Source: Candidatus Omnitrophota bacterium
GTDB taxonomy: Bacteria; Omnitrophota; Gorgyraeia; Pluralincolimonadales; Pluralincolimonadaceae
NCBI GenBank assembly: GCA_028716565.1
Contig: JAQUPL010000008.1
Coordinates: 13,067 to 77,066, forward strand
Direction of reading: 5' to 3'
Length of the DNA stretch: 64,000 nucleotides
The position numbers were made by a program, and so were the translations under genes. A model generated the notes under the pieces. The model searched no databases. It saw only the letters and a program-made list of their open reading frames with translations, and was not told where the DNA came from. This document shows positions 53,125-61,423 of this stretch, piece by piece (the stretch's first letter is position 1; every line of letters starts with the position of its first letter).

Positions 53125-54075
53125 TTATTTCAGAATAAGATTAAACAGATACCCCGTAAATATAATTCCTATACCTACAACCGAAGCAAAAATTATAAGC
53201 AACTTCAGCTTCATGGCTTTTCGAAGTATTATAAACTCCGGCAGCGAAAGCGCGGTTACCGCCATCATAAAAGAGAGCGCCGTCCCCATAGCTACGCCTT
53301 TTTCGGTCAATGCACTGACGAGGGGGATAACGCCTGCTGCGTTGGAATAAAGAGGAATACCAATGAGCGTCACCAAAGGCACGGCAAACCAATTTCCCCT
53401 ACCCGCATACTTTGCAAGAAAATCCGCCGGGACATAGCCATGAATCCACGCCCCTAAACCGATGCCAAGAATGACATAGAGCCATATTCTTTTCAAGAGA
53501 TCCCCTGTGTATTCCTTGGCATAAGCGATCCTATCATTAAATGTCACCCCGATTGATTGAGCACAGCACGTTTGCTTTTTATGATCGAAATGTTCAACCA
53601 ACTCTTCGACTTTAAGCTTTCCGATCACTAATCCAGAAAAAATAGCTATAACAAGTCCGCTGCTAATATAGATAAAAGATATTTTCCATCCAAAAAGCCC
53701 CCACAACATAACCAGCGCCACTTCATTGATCATGGGCGAGGCAACTAAAAATGAGAATGTCACTCCCAAAGGAACTCCTGCCTCTACAAAACCCAAGAAT
53801 AAGGGAACTGCGCTACACGAACAAAATGGCGTTACGATCCCTAAAAGTGCCGCAAGTACGTTACCCCAATAACCTTTTTTTTGGCTTAAAATCGCCCGGG
53901 TTTTCTCTGGCGAGAAAAACGTCCGTATGATGGCGACAGCGAAGATAATGACGGTCAATAAGAAGAATATCTTGATCGTGTCATAAAGAAAAAAATTCAG
54001 GGCTTCGGTAAAAAGGGACCCTTGACGCATCTTAAAAATATCATAAACCAGCCGATCAATTATCGGTTTAATCAT
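53125..54075 (-). CDS. DUF318/ArsP-like permease (TPFCSCS motif)
   Basis: Signature TPFCSCSAVP and 8 TM helices. It sits immediately upstream of the thioredoxin-like gene. Confidence 0.75.
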   Translation of the reverse strand: MIKPIIDRLVYDIFKMRQGSLFTEALNFFLYDTIKIFFLLTVIIFAVAIIRTFFSPEKTRAILSQKKGYWGNVLAALLGIVTPFCSCSAVPLFLGFVEAGVPLGVTFSFLVASPMINEVALVMLWGLFGWKISFIYISSGLVIAIFSGLVIGKLKVEELVEHFDHKKQTCCAQSIGVTFNDRIAYAKEYTGDLLKRIWLYVILGIGLGAWIHGYVPADFLAKYAGRGNWFAVPLVTLIGIPLYSNAAGVIPLVSALTEKGVAMGTALSFMMAVTALSLPEFIILRKAMKLKLLIIFASVVGIGIIFTGYLFNLILK

Positions 54076-54084
54076 GGCTAATCC

Positions 54085-54399
54085 TCATCTTCTTTTCTTA
54101 ATAATCTCGCAACAGCCGCCTTCAATGCTTATGGTTTTAATATTCACTAATCCATCAGCTATCTTTCTATGAGCCGAAGTGACAATGCGAGAAAACGTGG
54201 GCCTGGAAATCTTCATTAATTTTGCAGCATCGACCTGCTTCAATCCTTCAAGGCAGGCCAGGCGCACGGCCTCAAACTCATCGAGCGTCAAATAAACGCC
54301 TTCCAGTTTATTTAAGGGTTTACAGAGCGGCTTAAAGCACCTTTCACCCGGAACACATTTTACCCATCTGGTTTTCTTAGGCCTCAAAATAGTCTCCAA
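54085..54399 (-). CDS. DUF134 (UPF0251) family predicted DNA-binding protein, paralog A
   Basis: Shared motifs with the ORF at 62383-62679 (LDE.E..RL.DLEGL.Q..AA..M.ISR.TF..IV.SAHKKIAD.L). TTG start. A start 12 nt downstream with SD GGAGA is also possible. Confidence 0.6.
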   Translation of the reverse strand: METILRPKKTRWVKCVPGERCFKPLCKPLNKLEGVYLTLDEFEAVRLACLEGLKQVDAAKLMKISRPTFSRIVTSAHRKIADGLVNIKTISIEGGCCEIIKKRR

Positions 54400-54402
54400 T
54401 TA

Positions 54403-54451
54403 TTATGAACATATGTTCATAATAATTTTAACATATTATTTTATTTCGTCA
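54403..54451 (-). promoter_or_regulatory. promoter (TTGACG-16-TAAAAT) with 18-bp perfect palindrome TATGAACATATGTTCATA (54404-54421) over the transcription start of the DUF134-permease-trx operon
   Basis: -35 at 54451..54446, -10 at 54429..54424. The palindrome core ATGAAC....GTTCAT matches the TetR operators at 29791 and 30517. Confidence 0.55.
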
Positions 54452-54507
54452 ATGAAAATTTAATAAGAAATTGGATTATACTATATCAAGGATTTTTGGG
54501 ACGTGAC

Positions 54508-55842
54508 CTAGAAATCAAAGCTTGCCTCGAACCCCAGGACCAGGGCATTGTCGACATCGCTTTTGCCGTCGGGATTAATTATATACTGTATATCGGGGGT
54601 GACGTAACACCACGGCCCCAGTTGGAACCTGTGGTCCAGTTCAAGGATCATTTCGTCGGTCTGGCCTTCCAGTTTGTCGCTGAAATGGCCGAGGATGAAA
54701 CAGAAAGCCGTGACATCGCGGTTGCGGTTGGGCGGCAGCCCCTGATAAACAAGGCCTGTGGCTATCTGATAGGTTTGCGGGTTTATGTCATCCTGCGGGG
54801 CCAGCATGCCGGCGCCCCATACCGTGAGCCCTTTAGGCCTGTCAAGCGGCAGGGCCGTCATCTGCGGGTCATGCGGTTTTTTGAGGCTCTCTGACATCTT
54901 CGCGCCCGATCTCAGATGGGACGGGCCTTCATATTCAGGCCACTCGCCTTTGTATATCATCTTGTCCGCCACGAGATAAAATCCGTAATTGCCGTGATTC
55001 CGGATATCAGGATTTGAGAGGTATGTAAAGCTGCTTGACTCATAGTAGCTTCCGAACGATATCCCCCCGGGAGTTATCAGGCCCTCCCTCTCCTGCCCAT
55101 GCCTGTAAGTTATCTGTCCGACGGTAAGATAGCCCTTATCCGTCCTCAAGCTGAAATCAGCTCCGTTTTTATTGGGTTCCGCTACGCTCGGGTCCGCGTC
55201 ATATAAACCGGTGATAACGCTCCAGTCTTTGTTTGGCTGGAAAGTGGCCCTTGTGCCCCATGCGGCAGTGCGATAATGCGGGAAAAAGATGTCGGAAGGG
55301 ATAGCACCCAACCTTCCGTCGACCGCGCTCGTCAGGTAATATTTGAACATCGGCGAGACGGCAAGGATATCTCCGGCAAAAATGCGGCCGGCCTCCAGGT
55401 TGAAAGTATCGTCAAGCACCGACTTCGAAAGTTTGAGCTCGCCGAAGTAGTAGTCGCCGGACGTAAATACCTGCTGCGGGCTGTAGAAAGACCCTATAGG
55501 GACCGTTATATCCCGGCCGCTCGCCAGGAAGTTGCTTACTTTAAGCGACAATCCCTGTATGGAAGCTATCTTCTCGAAATCCAGCACGGCAGCAAGCGAA
55601 ACAAATCCGGAATAATCCGTGGTCTGTTTGAGCCCGCCCGAAGGGTTACCTCCTGTATCCGTGGTGTAGTTCGAGGAAACGCTTATTCCGGATCTTTCTA
55701 GTGAATCGCGAAGGCCTCCCCAATTGCCCGTAGCGGTTTTTTGCGACAACCAGCCGTCGAGCGCCGAAGCGTTTGCGGCGGTTGCCGAAAGGACAAGCAA
55801 CAGTAAGATAACTGCCGCCGCTACTTTTTTATCCGGGATCAC
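54508..55842 (-). CDS. outer membrane porin (OprB-like carbohydrate/substrate-selective porin family)
   Basis: Signal peptide. 444 aa, beta-rich with a C-terminal Phe. Confidence 0.45.
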   Translation of the reverse strand: MIPDKKVAAAVILLLLVLSATAANASALDGWLSQKTATGNWGGLRDSLERSGISVSSNYTTDTGGNPSGGLKQTTDYSGFVSLAAVLDFEKIASIQGLSLKVSNFLASGRDITVPIGSFYSPQQVFTSGDYYFGELKLSKSVLDDTFNLEAGRIFAGDILAVSPMFKYYLTSAVDGRLGAIPSDIFFPHYRTAAWGTRATFQPNKDWSVITGLYDADPSVAEPNKNGADFSLRTDKGYLTVGQITYRHGQEREGLITPGGISFGSYYESSSFTYLSNPDIRNHGNYGFYLVADKMIYKGEWPEYEGPSHLRSGAKMSESLKKPHDPQMTALPLDRPKGLTVWGAGMLAPQDDINPQTYQIATGLVYQGLPPNRNRDVTAFCFILGHFSDKLEGQTDEMILELDHRFQLGPWCYVTPDIQYIINPDGKSDVDNALVLGFEASFDF

Positions 55843-56930
55843 CGTTTGAAATATCCCTTGATCTTAGATACGTCGCCTTTTTCTTTCGCGATCGCGAGCA
55901 TTAAAAGCAGCCGCGCCTTCGCGCCGGTAAGGTCGCCGCCTAATATGGCGCCGTCTTTTTCCATTGTCGCGCCACCGCCCTGGTCCCCGTACATCGGCCA
56001 GACGCCGCTGTGATATACGCTCGTGGTTATGACGACGGGTATGCCTTTTGCCATCGCGTATTTGACGGCTTCATAAACTTTCTCGTTGACATTGCCCGCG
56101 CCGACAGCATCCACCACTATCCCCTTTGAGCCGTGGTCCGCCGCGAAACGCACGAACGAGCCGTCATCGCCGGCAAACGTGCTTAAGAAAGCTACATCCG
56201 GCAATTTATCAGGAAGGGGAAGTTTTTGTTTTGCCGGGGCGACATTATAACGGATGACCTTTCCCATCACTATATAGCCGAGATAGCCCTTCTCTCCGGA
56301 ATCGAAAGTCTGGACATTTGTCGAATTGGTCTTTACCACGTTCCTCGCGGAATTTACATACTGATTAAGGGTAATGGTAACGCCCCAATCTTGCGCTTCT
56401 TTCGAGCATACCTGCGTCACGGCATTGAGTATGTTCGCAGGACCGTCGGGAGAAACGTCGGATGCGTCGCGCATAGCGCCGACAAATGCTACCGGTTTAT
56501 TGCTCTTCAACGTAAGTTCGAGGAAGTACGCCCCCTCGGCCATAGTGTCGGTGCCGTGAGTTACTACCGCTCCCTTGACCTTCGGGTCCGCGAGATGTGC
56601 GTCGACGGTCTTCGAAAGCTGGGCCCAGATCTCGGGCGTCATCTGGGAGCTGTCTATATTGCAGAGGTTGACCACTTCTATATTGGCGACCTTGCCAAGG
56701 CCGGGAACTGCAGCGATGAGGTCTTTGCCTGATACCGCGGGCACAGCGCCGCCGGTCTTCGTGTCTGTCTTTTCAGCTATAGTGCCGCCTGTAGTGACGA
56801 TCACCACCGTCGGCAATTCCGCGTGGCAACGCGCGGCAAAAACCGCCAAAACCGCGATGCAGCAGATCGAAATCGCCGCGTATCTCGCCGTCTTCATGGT
56901 TCCTCCTTTTGTATGCGTCGCCTCGTTCAC
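55839..56930 (-). CDS. ansB: periplasmic type II L-asparaginase
   Basis: Signal peptide. TGGTIAE (catalytic Thr), HGTDTM and further type II asparaginase motifs. Overlaps the porin start by 4 nt. Confidence 0.85.
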   Translation of the reverse strand: MNEATHTKGGTMKTARYAAISICCIAVLAVFAARCHAELPTVVIVTTGGTIAEKTDTKTGGAVPAVSGKDLIAAVPGLGKVANIEVVNLCNIDSSQMTPEIWAQLSKTVDAHLADPKVKGAVVTHGTDTMAEGAYFLELTLKSNKPVAFVGAMRDASDVSPDGPANILNAVTQVCSKEAQDWGVTITLNQYVNSARNVVKTNSTNVQTFDSGEKGYLGYIVMGKVIRYNVAPAKQKLPLPDKLPDVAFLSTFAGDDGSFVRFAADHGSKGIVVDAVGAGNVNEKVYEAVKYAMAKGIPVVITTSVYHSGVWPMYGDQGGGATMEKDGAILGGDLTGAKARLLLMLAIAKEKGDVSKIKGYFKR

Positions 56931-58612
56931 ATCAGGTTTACGATAAGCGTCCCCCAGACTGTCAGGAGGACGTTCGCAAATGCATAAGGGGCTGCATATC
57001 CCAATACGGCCAATGGGCTGCCGGACGCTTCGATGACCACGTTAAGCGAGGCGGTACAGTTATGCGAACCTGTCGCCGCGCCTAATAACAATATCGGATT
57101 CACCTTCAGGACCTTCAGCCCTAAAATCATTACCACGATGATAGGCAGGGTCGTTACAGCGATACCTCCCATGAAAACCGAAAGGCCTGTTGTCTTGATC
57201 GCCTGCAGCGCCTGCGGCCCGGCAGCGACTCCCACACAGGCCACGAAAAGATTCAACCCAAGATCCCCAAGTATCCACTGCGCGCCGCCGGGGATCTGCC
57301 CGAAGGTGGGATGCAGCGACCTGAGCCACCCGCATAAAAGCCCGGCGACAAGGACGCCGCCGCCCGTGCCCAGCGTGATCGGAATGCCTAATATAGGAAC
57401 GACTATAAGCCCTATGAGGGTACCTACTATACAGCCGACAGCCACGGTGACCAGGTCCGTCACGGTAGTAGGCCGCTCGGGGTATCCCAGGAACGCGATA
57501 GTCTTTTCGACATCTTCTTTCGCGCCGGTGATCTGCAGTATATCGCACTTATGCACAACCGTCCCAGGCATGATGGGCAGTTCATGGCCCTGCCTTATAG
57601 CCTTACGCAGGAATACCCCGTGCGCAAGCTTTAATTTTCCGAGCTCCCCCAGCGTTTTGCCCGCTACATTCTTATTCAGGACACAGACATCTATGACCTC
57701 GCCGGTCACGTCGATTACAGTCGCGCGGTCGACTTCCGGCCCTATAAGGTCCCCGGCATTTACCAAACGGGCTGTCGGGCCCATCACCAGCAAAGTATCA
57801 TCGCGCGAGATGACTGTCTCCGGAGTGCTCTCAATGGCCTGGCCGCCTCTCATTATCTTATCTATCGCCGCTCTATTAGGTAAAAGAGACTCGACCTGGG
57901 AAATGCTCTTGCCCACTACCGCTCCGTTCAGGGCCCTGTAAGCCCTCATATCGAGCCGCTGCGTCCACGAGAAAGTCCCCTGGTTCTCCTCATCGGAGCC
58001 GGAACCGCCCATCTGTTCTTCCAGTTTTTTTGCTTCAGCCTTAAGGTCTATCTTGAACAGGACAGGCGCCAATTTAACGAGGACTATCGTACCGGCGGTG
58101 CCGAATATATACGTGATCGCGTATGCGATCGCCATATTGGAATCGAGCGCGTTCTTTTCGTCCGGCGTTACATCGAGGCGTTTGACGGCATCGCCTCCCG
58201 TACCCAGGGCTGCCGAGGTCGTCATCGAACCGGCGAACATGCCCGCGGTAGTGCCCTTGTCAAAATGGGCGGCCTTACCGATGAAGATCGCCGTCGCCAA
58301 CGATGTTATAGCCACTGCGATCGTCAGCCAAAGATAATTCATGCCGTCCTTCTTGAGCGAGCCGAAGAACTGGGGCCCGACCTTGTAACCTACGGTAAAT
58401 ATGAACAGCGCGAAGCTTATGCTCTTCAGGATCGGCGGGATCGTTATGCCGACCTGGCCGACCACGATGGCAGCCAGCAGGATCGAGGCGGTCGAGCCGA
58501 GGGTGAAACCGAAGATTTTGAGCCTCTTTCCCGCAAAATATCCGATGGCAAGCGCCAGGAAGAGCACCAGTTCGGGATTGTTACGCATCGTCTCCAGGAT
58601 ATCATGCACCAT
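56927..58612 (-). CDS. AAE-family (AspT/YidE/YbjL) aspartate:alanine-type exchanger with central tandem TrkA-C (RCK_C) domains
   Basis: Duplicated 5-6 TM halves separated by two RCK_C-like cytoplasmic domains. 561 aa. Overlaps ansB by 4 nt. Confidence 0.8.
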   Translation of the reverse strand: MVHDILETMRNNPELVLFLALAIGYFAGKRLKIFGFTLGSTASILLAAIVVGQVGITIPPILKSISFALFIFTVGYKVGPQFFGSLKKDGMNYLWLTIAVAITSLATAIFIGKAAHFDKGTTAGMFAGSMTTSAALGTGGDAVKRLDVTPDEKNALDSNMAIAYAITYIFGTAGTIVLVKLAPVLFKIDLKAEAKKLEEQMGGSGSDEENQGTFSWTQRLDMRAYRALNGAVVGKSISQVESLLPNRAAIDKIMRGGQAIESTPETVISRDDTLLVMGPTARLVNAGDLIGPEVDRATVIDVTGEVIDVCVLNKNVAGKTLGELGKLKLAHGVFLRKAIRQGHELPIMPGTVVHKCDILQITGAKEDVEKTIAFLGYPERPTTVTDLVTVAVGCIVGTLIGLIVVPILGIPITLGTGGGVLVAGLLCGWLRSLHPTFGQIPGGAQWILGDLGLNLFVACVGVAAGPQALQAIKTTGLSVFMGGIAVTTLPIIVVMILGLKVLKVNPILLLGAATGSHNCTASLNVVIEASGSPLAVLGYAAPYAFANVLLTVWGTLIVNLM

Positions 58613-58621
58613 GCAGGCCTC

Positions 58622-60211
58622 CTACTTTTTGGATTCTTTCCACGTATTGTAATAATCCTCGAGCAGTTCGCTTATGCCTTTGCCGATCTCCGTATAGGCG
58701 CTGTCGTCGAGATTGGCCAGCGACACCCTGATCGACATGTTCGGCGCATCGAAACCGCCGCCGTCCATAAGGACTATCGACTTTTCGTCCGCCAGCCTCC
58801 AAACGAAGTCTATCGGCTCAAAATTCTTGACCAGATAGTCCGCGAAATCCGCGTTATAGCGCGTCTTGGCGAGCTCCGGTATATCGATAGTCGCGTAGTA
58901 ACGGGCGTCGTATTCATCATCCGGGGCTTTTACTCCGACGGCGGAGTAGAGGGCCTCGAAGCGCTTCTTGACGATATCCTGCGCCATCTTCTTGTAATCG
59001 CCCTTCTTGTCCATGAGGCAGTGCAGCGAAAACATCACCATCATCACCTGCTGCGGCGTCGAAAGCCCGGCGGTATGGTGCAGCGCTACCGAACGCGAAT
59101 CGGCGACCATCCGGTCGATCAGTTTCATGTGGTCCGGGCCGAGCTCGACGGTGCAATAACGGGCGTGCAGCTCTTCCTTGTCGTCCGGCGGCAGGGCCGC
59201 TATGCGCTTATCGAAGACATTATCCTCGTGTATGCCTATTACGCCGAGGCGCCATCCGGTCGCCCCGAAATACTTGGAAAAAGAATACACGAGGACCGTG
59301 TTGCGCGGGGCTGCGGCGGCAAGCGACTTGAAACCGTTGACGAACGTGCCGTACACGTCATCGGTAAGTATTATGAGGTCTTTCCTGCGCGTCTCAACCA
59401 ACTCCGTTATCTTATCGAGCGACTTCTGCTGGATGCTGACCGATGTGGGATTGGAGGGATTAACAAGGAAGAACGCCTTGACGGCGGGGTCGGCCAGTTT
59501 TTCAAGCTCCGAGTCCGGATACTGCCAGTCCGAATTCTCGTCCTGTTTCACCTCCAGCTCGATGAGTTCATAGTCGTTGAGCCTGGGTATTTCCAGGTAA
59601 GGCGTGAATATCGGCGTACCGATCGCGATCTTGTCGCCCTTATGTATCAGTTTATTTTCCGACAGGCTCGTAAAGATATAATCCATCGCAGCGGTGCCGC
59701 CTTCCGTGGCGAAGAGGTCGAATTTCCCTATCGGCGCGAGGCCGAACATCTCCTGCTCAAGATATTTGTGCACTATCTTTTCGCAGATCTCGAGCATCCT
59801 GTCGGGCGTGGGATAATGGTCGCCGAGGACGGCGTCCACCATCTCGTTTAAGAAATCATCGCCATCTATCTTCATGACCACGCAGACATAGTCAAATGCC
59901 TGGGCCAGGAACGCGGCGCCGGGCGCGCCGGAATTCTTGGCGAGATAATCCTTGAACCTTTTGGATAGCCCTTCCTTCTGCGCGACCGTCCCAAGGCCGG
60001 GCCTGTGGGGAGAGCGCTGGGATTCTGACAAGGCGAACATGCCGAACTGCAGGAAAGCTTCCCTCGGCGCTATGGCGACCCAGTTCGGGTTGCCCCTTCC
60101 GGCATTCAGCATGATCTTCTCGCGGCGCGTCTCGGCCATGCTGATCAGCTTATTCTTCAGTTCAAACGGGCTCAGGGCTTCATAACCTTTTTCTTCTTCC
60201 GAACGCTGCAT
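58622..60211 (-). CDS. aspD: L-aspartate 4-(beta)-decarboxylase (PLP fold type I, AspD/AsdA)
   Basis: 529 aa aminotransferase-fold protein of the characteristic AsdA length with N-terminal motif NAGRGNPNW. It is adjacent to an AspT-type exchanger, as in the aspD-aspT operons of Tetragenococcus and Pseudomonas. Confidence 0.75.
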   Translation of the reverse strand: MQRSEEEKGYEALSPFELKNKLISMAETRREKIMLNAGRGNPNWVAIAPREAFLQFGMFALSESQRSPHRPGLGTVAQKEGLSKRFKDYLAKNSGAPGAAFLAQAFDYVCVVMKIDGDDFLNEMVDAVLGDHYPTPDRMLEICEKIVHKYLEQEMFGLAPIGKFDLFATEGGTAAMDYIFTSLSENKLIHKGDKIAIGTPIFTPYLEIPRLNDYELIELEVKQDENSDWQYPDSELEKLADPAVKAFFLVNPSNPTSVSIQQKSLDKITELVETRRKDLIILTDDVYGTFVNGFKSLAAAAPRNTVLVYSFSKYFGATGWRLGVIGIHEDNVFDKRIAALPPDDKEELHARYCTVELGPDHMKLIDRMVADSRSVALHHTAGLSTPQQVMMVMFSLHCLMDKKGDYKKMAQDIVKKRFEALYSAVGVKAPDDEYDARYYATIDIPELAKTRYNADFADYLVKNFEPIDFVWRLADEKSIVLMDGGGFDAPNMSIRVSLANLDDSAYTEIGKGISELLEDYYNTWKESKK

Positions 60212-60228
60212 GATGCGCTCCTTTCCAA

Positions 60229-60255
60229 TAAAAAAGCGGCCCGTTTCCGAGCCGC
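60229..60255 (-). terminator. strong intrinsic terminator (GCGGCUCG-GAAA-CGGGCCGC followed by U6) 18 nt upstream of the aspD start codon
   Basis: 8-bp stem with a GNRA tetraloop at 60236..60255, and an A6 run on the plus strand at 60230..60235. Confidence 0.6.
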
Positions 60256-60256
60256 C

Positions 60257-60289
60257 TTAAAATTTATACTTCTTTTTTATCCCCTCCAT
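60257..60289 (-). CDS. 10-aa leader peptide MEGIKKKYKF (candidate attenuation leader)
   Basis: ATG at 60289 preceded by GAGAGGAAG. The UAA stop lies 1 nt before the terminator stem. Confidence 0.35.
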   Translation of the reverse strand: MEGIKKKYKF

Positions 60290-60315
60290 CGCGCTTCCTC
60301 TCTATAAGCGAATTC

Positions 60316-60344
60316 AATATATCTTAAACGTAGAAAATTGTCAA
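60316..60344 (-). promoter_or_regulatory. sigma70-type promoter for the aspD leader (TTGACA-17-TATATT)
   Basis: -35 at 60344..60339, -10 at 60321..60316. Confidence 0.5.
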
Positions 60345-60427
60345 ATTATAATTCGAAAGCGGCGGGCAAGACTAGCGATATTATCGCTAACATTTATTTG
60401 ATTATAGCTGAGAGTGGATATAATTAG

Positions 60428-60464
60428 AGGCCTTGCTTCTTATAAATTTAAAAACAAGGCCTCT
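60428..60464 (-). terminator. 9-bp-stem hairpin (GAGGCCTTG ... CAAGGCCTC) 28 nt downstream of the small membrane protein gene
   Basis: Perfect inverted repeat with a 19-nt AT-rich loop. Confidence 0.35.
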
Positions 60465-60491
60465 TCTTGACAGCTCTAATACAGTTTCTAA

Positions 60492-60803
60492 TTACGCCCC
60501 TGCATACTTTGCTCTCTTACGCTTTCTTGCAGCTACTGCTACCATTACCCCCCATATTAGGAAAATGGACAGGGTCATCGGAACGCCAACCCTCAACATT
60601 TCCGGGAAGACTTCGGTAAGGCCAGCGGTCAGGAATGGCGGATAAAGAACAATTTCTCCGTGGGAGATATGTTCGACTGCTAACATTACCACTCCTCCCC
60701 ACAACATCGAATTTAACCAATTGAAATGGTATTTTTCACTAGCTTTTTTCCCTACAGTAGTTGTCACTATTGCCGCGGCCGCTGGGACAAGAAAACAAGC
60801 CAT
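60492..60803 (-). CDS. small integral membrane protein (103 aa, 3 TM), paralog of the next gene
   Basis: Shared pattern with 60807-61085 (..LWGG.VM.L.EHI.HGE..), hydrophobic helices and a basic C-terminus. Confidence 0.4.
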   Translation of the reverse strand: MACFLVPAAAAIVTTTVGKKASEKYHFNWLNSMLWGGVVMLAVEHISHGEIVLYPPFLTAGLTEVFPEMLRVGVPMTLSIFLIWGVMVAVAARKRKRAKYAGA

Positions 60804-60806
60804 CGG

Positions 60807-61085
60807 TTACCTCCTTTTTAAGTTTGAGATTAGAAGTAAAATTCCCCAGGTCATAAACACAGGCGCCAACATTGCTATTCCTAACATAACACCATTTTTG
60901 ATCATTCCGTCTGTAGTCTTCTCCAAAAACGCTCCGCCTTCATATCCTAATATATGGTCGGTAAGAATCATTGCTGCCGCTCCCCAGAGCATTAAAGCTA
61001 GAAAACCTAACTTGTAATCCTTGGGTAAAACAAACTTACCTAAAGTCGCGCCCGCTGCCGCGATAGAAGTCGTTACTAACCACAT
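60807..61085 (-). CDS. small integral membrane protein (92 aa, 3 TM), paralog
   Basis: See above. It is preceded by the full-length repeat element carrying a promoter. Confidence 0.4.
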   Translation of the reverse strand: MWLVTTSIAAAGATLGKFVLPKDYKLGFLALMLWGAAAMILTDHILGYEGGAFLEKTTDGMIKNGVMLGIAMLAPVFMTWGILLLISNLKRR

Positions 61086-61153
61086 CTCTTGCCTCCTCTC
61101 ATTTTTTTAAACTTCCTTGTCTTATAATAGGACTAAATAACTGATTATATTTT

Positions 61154-61263
61154 GGGGTCCCTCTCCTGTTTCATGAGGGAAACCTCTCTTATTTAGCTGG
61201 TTTTATTATAAAGGTAATATTTTACCATATCAAGGATTATTGGGGATCGGAGAGGGATTCCCC
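61154..61263 (-). repeat. full-length roughly 110-bp repeat element with imperfect terminal inverted repeats (GGGGTCCCTCTCC ... GGAGAGGGATTCCCC) and an internal TTGATA-17-TATAAT promoter (-10 at 61210..61205, -35 at 61233..61228)
   Basis: Homologous to copies at 33826-33900, 36341-36385, 39900-40010 and 63631-63700, plus shorter core copies at 10170, 15490, 23827, 52853 and 54483. Confidence 0.6.
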
Positions 61264-61423
61264 TGCGGAATCGATATTAAACTTTCGCATATTGTGTAAA
61301 AGCGCGTCCCGGTCACCAAAAGTATCAAAAAGCACATCTTGGTTGATTAAAAATGAGACGCCCCACATACGGATAAAACGCTCCCATTTTGTTGAACCAA
61401 CTGCAATAACTTGTACTTGCAAA

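Noticed and set aside
58265-59851. 528-aa plus-strand ORF antisense to aspD and the exchanger gene
   Set aside because: It is Arg/His/Leu-rich and low-complexity, with no motifs. It lies entirely in the shadow of two well-supported minus-strand genes in a GC-rich stretch, which is the typical signature of an antisense open frame.
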